Shown: positions 57,341 to 64,000 of the stretch, piece after piece | How the letters are laid out: each line of letters begins with the position of its first letter | Position numbering within the stretch: position 1 is the stretch's first letter | Source: an uncultured Gemmatimonadales bacterium | GTDB taxonomy: Bacteria > Gemmatimonadota > Gemmatimonadetes > Palauibacterales > Palauibacteraceae | DNA length: 64,000 nt | NCBI GenBank assembly: GCA_963783385.1 | Contig: CAWANJ010000006.1 | Location: forward strand, 288,001 to 352,000 | Direction of reading: 5' to 3' | Position numbers and translations under genes: made by a program | Notes under the pieces: model-generated | The model's input: the letters and a program-made list of their open reading frames with translations, nothing else | Databases searched by the model: none | What the model was told of the DNA's origin: nothing

Positions 57341-58861
57341 TCAGTAGACGGCCTCCTTGAGCTCGTCCGGGAAGGTCGGGAACCGGTCGAGCCACTCGCA
57401 GCGCGCCGCGCGCAGATCGGCCAGCCTGTCGGAAAGCTCGGATTCGCTGAAGTGCGCCGTCAGGTCGAACTTGGAGCCGCTCACGCCGGGCACCGACTTC
57501 GGCACCTCCATGCGGGACGCCTCGTCCGGGACCCATTCAATCTGGTCCCGCGCCACGGCCCTCAGGATGGCCACCGTGTCGAGGAGCCCGATCTTCTCGG
57601 CCCGCTCGCCCTGGCCGATCGCCCCGGTGTTGAGGATGTAGCAGTGCAGGTCCGGGTTCTCCTCCAGGATGTCCCGGAACAGCTCGCCTTCCCGTCCCTT
57701 CGGGCCCACGATGAACGGGTTGGTGCCCACCACCCGGACCGGCTCGCCCTTCGCGTTCGGGTCCGCGGCCGACGTCTTGATCGACTCGCCCAGCATGAAC
57801 GCCACCGCCGCCTGATCGGCCGTGAGTCGGCCGATGGCGGGGACGAGCGGGTTGCGGGTGATGAAGAAGATGTCGGTGATCTTCTGCACGTCAATGGTGC
57901 CGTCCGTGTTCCGGACCTCGTCGATCGGCACCACGGCGCGGCCGTTGGAGGTGAGCTCCTCGTTGTAGAAGTCCACCGTGCCGTCGTCCTCGACCCACAC
58001 GTTCTCGAAGATGGCGCGCTCGCTGGTGGCGGCGCCGTACAGCGCCTCCTGGTCGCGGGGGTTGAGCCCGTCGGTCTTGATGTAGAAGCCGCCGCCCTCG
58101 GTGCCCTTGCAGAACGCATCGGGCGTGAGCACGACCACGTCGTCCTGGCGGACGCGGACGTGCTCGCCCTTTCCCTCGTCGAGGTCGAAGTCGTGGCAGG
58201 TGAGGCTCGTCTTCCCCGTCCCCGAGAGGCCGAAGAACAGGAAGCCCTTCTCCACGAGCTCACCCGTGCGGGCGCTGTGGCTGTGCACCAGCTTGCTGCC
58301 GGCGTGCAGGCCGAGCCCCTTCCCCCGCGCCTTGGCCAGGTACATGGTCAGGCGCAGGAAGGACTTCTTGATCTCCCCGTAGTAGTCCGATCCGAGGACC
58401 CAGGTGACTCCCTCCTCCGGGTCCACGAGGATAGCCTTCTCGTGCGGCCACTCGGGGATGTCGATGGTGACGAAGTCGGGCTGGCCGTCCGGGTTTCCGG
58501 ACTCGGTGAGGCTGGCGTCGAACATGTGCGCGAGCCTCGCGAACGGCCGCGTCACGTAGAGCCTGCAGTGGAGGCAGCCGAACCCGCTGGCCTCGCCCAT
58601 GCACCGGTCCACGCGGATCAACTCGCGGCTCTCCAGGAACCGCTTGGCTTCCTCGATCGTCCCGAGGTCCGCCTGCGTCACCTCGCCGTCGACCGTGTTG
58701 CGGGTGTCCTTCGCGCTCCGGGCACGGTTCTGGGTGATGTAGGACGGGCTCCCGTACTCGGTCGTGCGCTCGTCGGAGCGAGCGAGCCCCCGGAGCTCCT
58801 CCCGGTCCGGATTGTCCAGGATGCCGCGGCACTTCGGCGGTGCGTCCGTGGCGATGCTCAA
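57341..58861 (-). CDS. pckA: Phosphoenolpyruvate carboxykinase (ATP)
   Basis: GSDYYGEIKK, LHAG, FFGLSGTGKT, QDD, TEGG..IK, FENV, NGR; GGAGG then TTG start. Confidence 0.9.
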   Translation of the reverse strand: MSIATDAPPKCRGILDNPDREELRGLARSDERTTEYGSPSYITQNRARSAKDTRNTVDGEVTQADLGTIEEAKRFLESRELIRVDRCMGEASGFGCLHCRLYVTRPFARLAHMFDASLTESGNPDGQPDFVTIDIPEWPHEKAILVDPEEGVTWVLGSDYYGEIKKSFLRLTMYLAKARGKGLGLHAGSKLVHSHSARTGELVEKGFLFFGLSGTGKTSLTCHDFDLDEGKGEHVRVRQDDVVVLTPDAFCKGTEGGGFYIKTDGLNPRDQEALYGAATSERAIFENVWVEDDGTVDFYNEELTSNGRAVVPIDEVRNTDGTIDVQKITDIFFITRNPLVPAIGRLTADQAAVAFMLGESIKTSAADPNAKGEPVRVVGTNPFIVGPKGREGELFRDILEENPDLHCYILNTGAIGQGERAEKIGLLDTVAILRAVARDQIEWVPDEASRMEVPKSVPGVSGSKFDLTAHFSESELSDRLADLRAARCEWLDRFPTFPDELKEAVY

Positions 58862-58910
58862 ACTGCCTCCTCTATGCTTGGTACCGGCGGGATGCCGGCA
58901 TCGTACCCTT

Positions 58911-61205
<2,295 letters not shown>

Positions 61206-61484
61206 GCTCCTCCTCCCTGTGGGCCTGTGGTCCGATGAACCCGTGGCCCTCGTCTTCCCGCAAGCCTTCGGCCAGCCATCCCCGGGGCGCAGCGGACCGT
61301 CCGCCCCGAGGCCGGGGGCCATCGTAACCGGACGCGCCCCCACGCTGCCAGCCATCCGCCCGGCGCTTGACACCTTCCGATCCGCCGGGGAAGTTACCGG
61401 CGCAACCCGAAAGAAGGCTCTCGCGGCGCCGGGGCGTGCCTCCTCCCGGGGGTCGCCACGGCCTTCCAGCGAAGCGGAGGTCCC

Positions 61485-61883
61485 GTGGAGAACCGATCCC
61501 ACCGCATGGTGCATCTTGGCTACGGCAAGTACTGGCGCTCCGACCACATCGTCGGACTGCTGCCGATCGAGGAGGGGCGCGGGCCGGGCCGCAGAACCGA
61601 GGTGTACGTGACCAGCCGCGCGGAGCCGGTCATCGCCTCGCGAGCCGAGGACACCCTCCTGGACGACATGTCCGCGGGCCCGAGCCAGGAAGCCCGCGCC
61701 GACGAGCTGCGCTCGGCGGTCGAGGAGCTGCAGGGCGTGCTGCAAGGTCTGTCACCGGTCCTGCGTCGGATGCTTCGGAACGAGGGGGATTTCGACGTCA
61801 ACGCCTGGTTGCGCCGGCTCGGCTCCCTTTCCGCGGGGGACCCGCCGGACGACGGTCAGGAGGAGCTCTTCCCGGCGGACTGA
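61485..61883 (+). CDS. Hypothetical protein, possibly RemA/DUF370-like N-domain plus coiled coil
   Basis: GGAGG RBS; [17 protein letters not shown]...GRRTEVYV...VIASR; TTGACA at 61367. Confidence 0.7.
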   Translation: MENRSHRMVHLGYGKYWRSDHIVGLLPIEEGRGPGRRTEVYVTSRAEPVIASRAEDTLLDDMSAGPSQEARADELRSAVEELQGVLQGLSPVLRRMLRNEGDFDVNAWLRRLGSLSAGDPPDDGQEELFPAD

Positions 61884-61988
61884 GCCCTCCCCCGAGCGGC
61901 GCTCGGGGCGCGTGGCCTGTCTCTTGCCCGTCACGTCGATCCTGGAACGAAGAGCACTCCGACGATCCCCGCGCGGGCGCCGTTCGAG

Positions 61989-63285
61989 ATGGCCGAAAAC
62001 CAGCGCATGGAGATCCTCGATCTCCTGGTCCTGCGCGCACCCGACGAGAAGAGCTGGAGCTCCCTGAGGGAGGCCGCCCGCGAGTTCGGCTGCACCCTCG
62101 AGCCCTTCACCGGTGACCAGAATGCCCGCGCCGGCGGGCTACGTGCCCGCCGGCACCCCGGGTCTCGAGGATTCCGCGGCGCTGTGCCGTGCGCTGCTCG
62201 ACGGTACCCGCGACGAGGTGCTGGTCGCGGACGAGAACGGCACCGTCACCTTCGCCAGCCGCAAGCTGGCGTCACTGGCCGGTCACGAGCCCGAGGCGGC
62301 CGTGGGCCGTCCCGCCGACGACATCCTGCGGGCCATCGACCTCCCCTCCTTCGATCGCCTCCGCGGCATGCTGACCCGGGTGAGCAGCGCGCGCACCGAG
62401 GCCACCCTGGTGGACCTCGAAGGGCGAAGCCGCCCCGTGCTGCTGCGCGGCGTGAGCACCCGTCTCACGGGCGACCGGCGGCGGTTCGTATGGTTCATCA
62501 CCGAGCTTACGCGGGTGCGCAGCGTGGAGCGGGCCAACCGCATCCTGCGCTCCGAGCTCGAGACGCAGTCGCGGCTCCTGGCGCTGGTCAGCCACGAGCT
62601 TCGCACGCCGCTCAACGTGATCCTGGGCCAGCTGTCGCTCCTGCAGGCGGGTCTGCGGGGAGAACTCGGGGCGGAGCAGAAGGACTCCGTCCAGCGCGCG
62701 GCGCGGGCGGGGCAGAGCCTCCTGGCCCTCATCAACAACCTGATCGACTTCGCCCGCCTCGAGGCCGAGGAGCTGGAGGTCGAGGACACGCCCTTCTCCA
62801 TCAGCGAGATGCTGGAACAGGTCGTCGAGACCACCGACTCCCTGCTCTCGGAAGGCGGCCTGCGGCTCGTGGTGCACGCCGATGCGCCACGCGATCGAAT
62901 GCGGGGCGACCCGGCGCGTACGCGGCAGATCCTGATGAAGCTGGTGACCAACGCGGTCAAGTTCAGCGAGCACGGGATCATCCGGATCGAGACGCGCATG
63001 GTGGAGGACCCGTCGGCCGAGCCCGCCAACACCCTGCCGCCGGCGACCCGTTTTCTGGCCCTCGACGTGCGCGATCCGGGGATCGGGATCGCCCCCGAGG
63101 AGATCGAGCGGGTATTCGAGCCCTTCCAGCAGACGGCCGGCCTTCTGAACCGACCGCAGGAGGGGACGGGGCTCGGCCTCACGATCGCTCGCCGGCTGGC
63201 CAGGCTCCAGGGCGGCGACCTCGTGGCCACGAGCCGCCCGGCCCAGGGATCGCTATTTACGCTGTACCTGCCCCTGGCGGACTGA
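61989..63285 (+). CDS. PAS-domain sensor histidine kinase, frameshifted at ~62120 (or starting at 62113)
   Basis: PAS-like segment, SHELRTPLN, NAVKFS, DPGIGI, FEPF, GTGLGL. Confidence 0.92.
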
Positions 63286-63330
63286 CCCCCGGCCGGAACG
63301 CGGGCCCGCCCGCGGGCGTACCCTCCATCC

Positions 63331-64000
63331 GTGTTCGAGCGAGCATCCCGAGCGGTGACGGCCGTGCTGGCGGTCGGTGTCCCGGCGGCGGCCGCCCTCG
63401 CGGTCCGGCCCCGCCCGGCCCGGGCCGCTTTGCTCGTGGCCGAGCCTGTCGCGCCCGGGCGCGCGACGGCACGGGACGGGCCGCCCGCAGCCGCTCCCGA
63501 CACGGCTCCCTGGGACGGGCCCCGAGTCGAGGCGCTCGTGCGCGGCGCCATCCGGGCCCGCCGTGACGCCTGGTCGGACTCCAGCCTCCGGAATTTCGAG
63601 GCTCGGGTCGACGCCCACGTCTACTTCCTGGCCGGCGTTGGACCCGAGGAGGAGGTAGGCCGGGGGGAGGCCTCGCACGAGCGCGTGATCCGGGCCGACC
63701 AGCTCGCCCTGCGCGTCCGGTGGCAGGCTCCCGATGGCTCGGTCCAGACGATCATCGGCCGTCGCTCCCGTCAGCGGCTCCCCACGCCCATCCGCTACCA
63801 CCTGGACCATCTCAGCCTGGTGATGGCCAACTTCGGCGACCGGATTCGCATAGGGGAGGGAACGGAGGTGCCGGGCGTGCTGCATCCGATCGCGCCCGGC
63901 GGACCCTCCTTCTACCGCTACCGGCTCGCCGACTCCATGACCATCCGCACGGCGGACCATCGGACCACGCTCTACCGGGTGGAGGTTCGTCCCCGGGACC
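63331..64000 (+). CDS. Hypothetical exported protein, partial (runs off the window end)
   Basis: Open frame from GTG 63331 with a signal-like N-terminus, then DQLALRVRWQAP, IRYHLDHLSLVMANFGDRIRIGEG, YRYRLADS; TACCCT 6 nt upstream. Confidence 0.75.
   Translation, partial: MFERASRAVTAVLAVGVPAAAALAVRPRPARAALLVAEPVAPGRATARDGPPAAAPDTAPWDGPRVEALVRGAIRARRDAWSDSSLRNFEARVDAHVYFLAGVGPEEEVGRGEASHERVIRADQLALRVRWQAPDGSVQTIIGRRSRQRLPTPIRYHLDHLSLVMANFGDRIRIGEGTEVPGVLHPIAPGGPSFYRYRLADSMTIRTADHRTTLYRVEVRPRD

Overview
Very GC-rich bacterial chromosomal segment with about 57 genes. The PadR+ADOP permease pair, long-form IspH, MaeB, Tat lipoproteins and orphan GvpL/F point to Gemmatimonadota or a relative (inference). 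Housekeeping genes (ispH, lon, pfkA, sodA, tatA/B, priA, a sigma-70 factor, pckA, maeB) flank a 14.8-42 kb accessory block rich in exported peptide/amide-degrading enzymes. About nine single-base frameshifts, one of them in priA, suggest long-read consensus errors. I saw no rRNA, tRNA, CRISPR array, integrase or transposase. The strongest hidden signal is a Cys-free AhpD/CMD-family protein split by an in-frame UGA at the catalytic Cys position and followed by a SECIS-like hairpin, i.e. a candidate selenoprotein. Other highlights: a translationally coupled porin / small periplasmic protein / GGDEF + degenerate-EAL triad; a 4-hydroxybenzoyl-CoA-reductase-like molybdoenzyme whose FAD subunit lies about 27 kb from its partners; a secreted cyanophycinase plus a secreted isoaspartyl peptidase; an orphan GvpL/F inside a peptidase operon; divergent genes sharing one CATG; a candidate structured ncRNA; and several operator-like palindromes. 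All family calls come from motif recognition by eye, not database searches.
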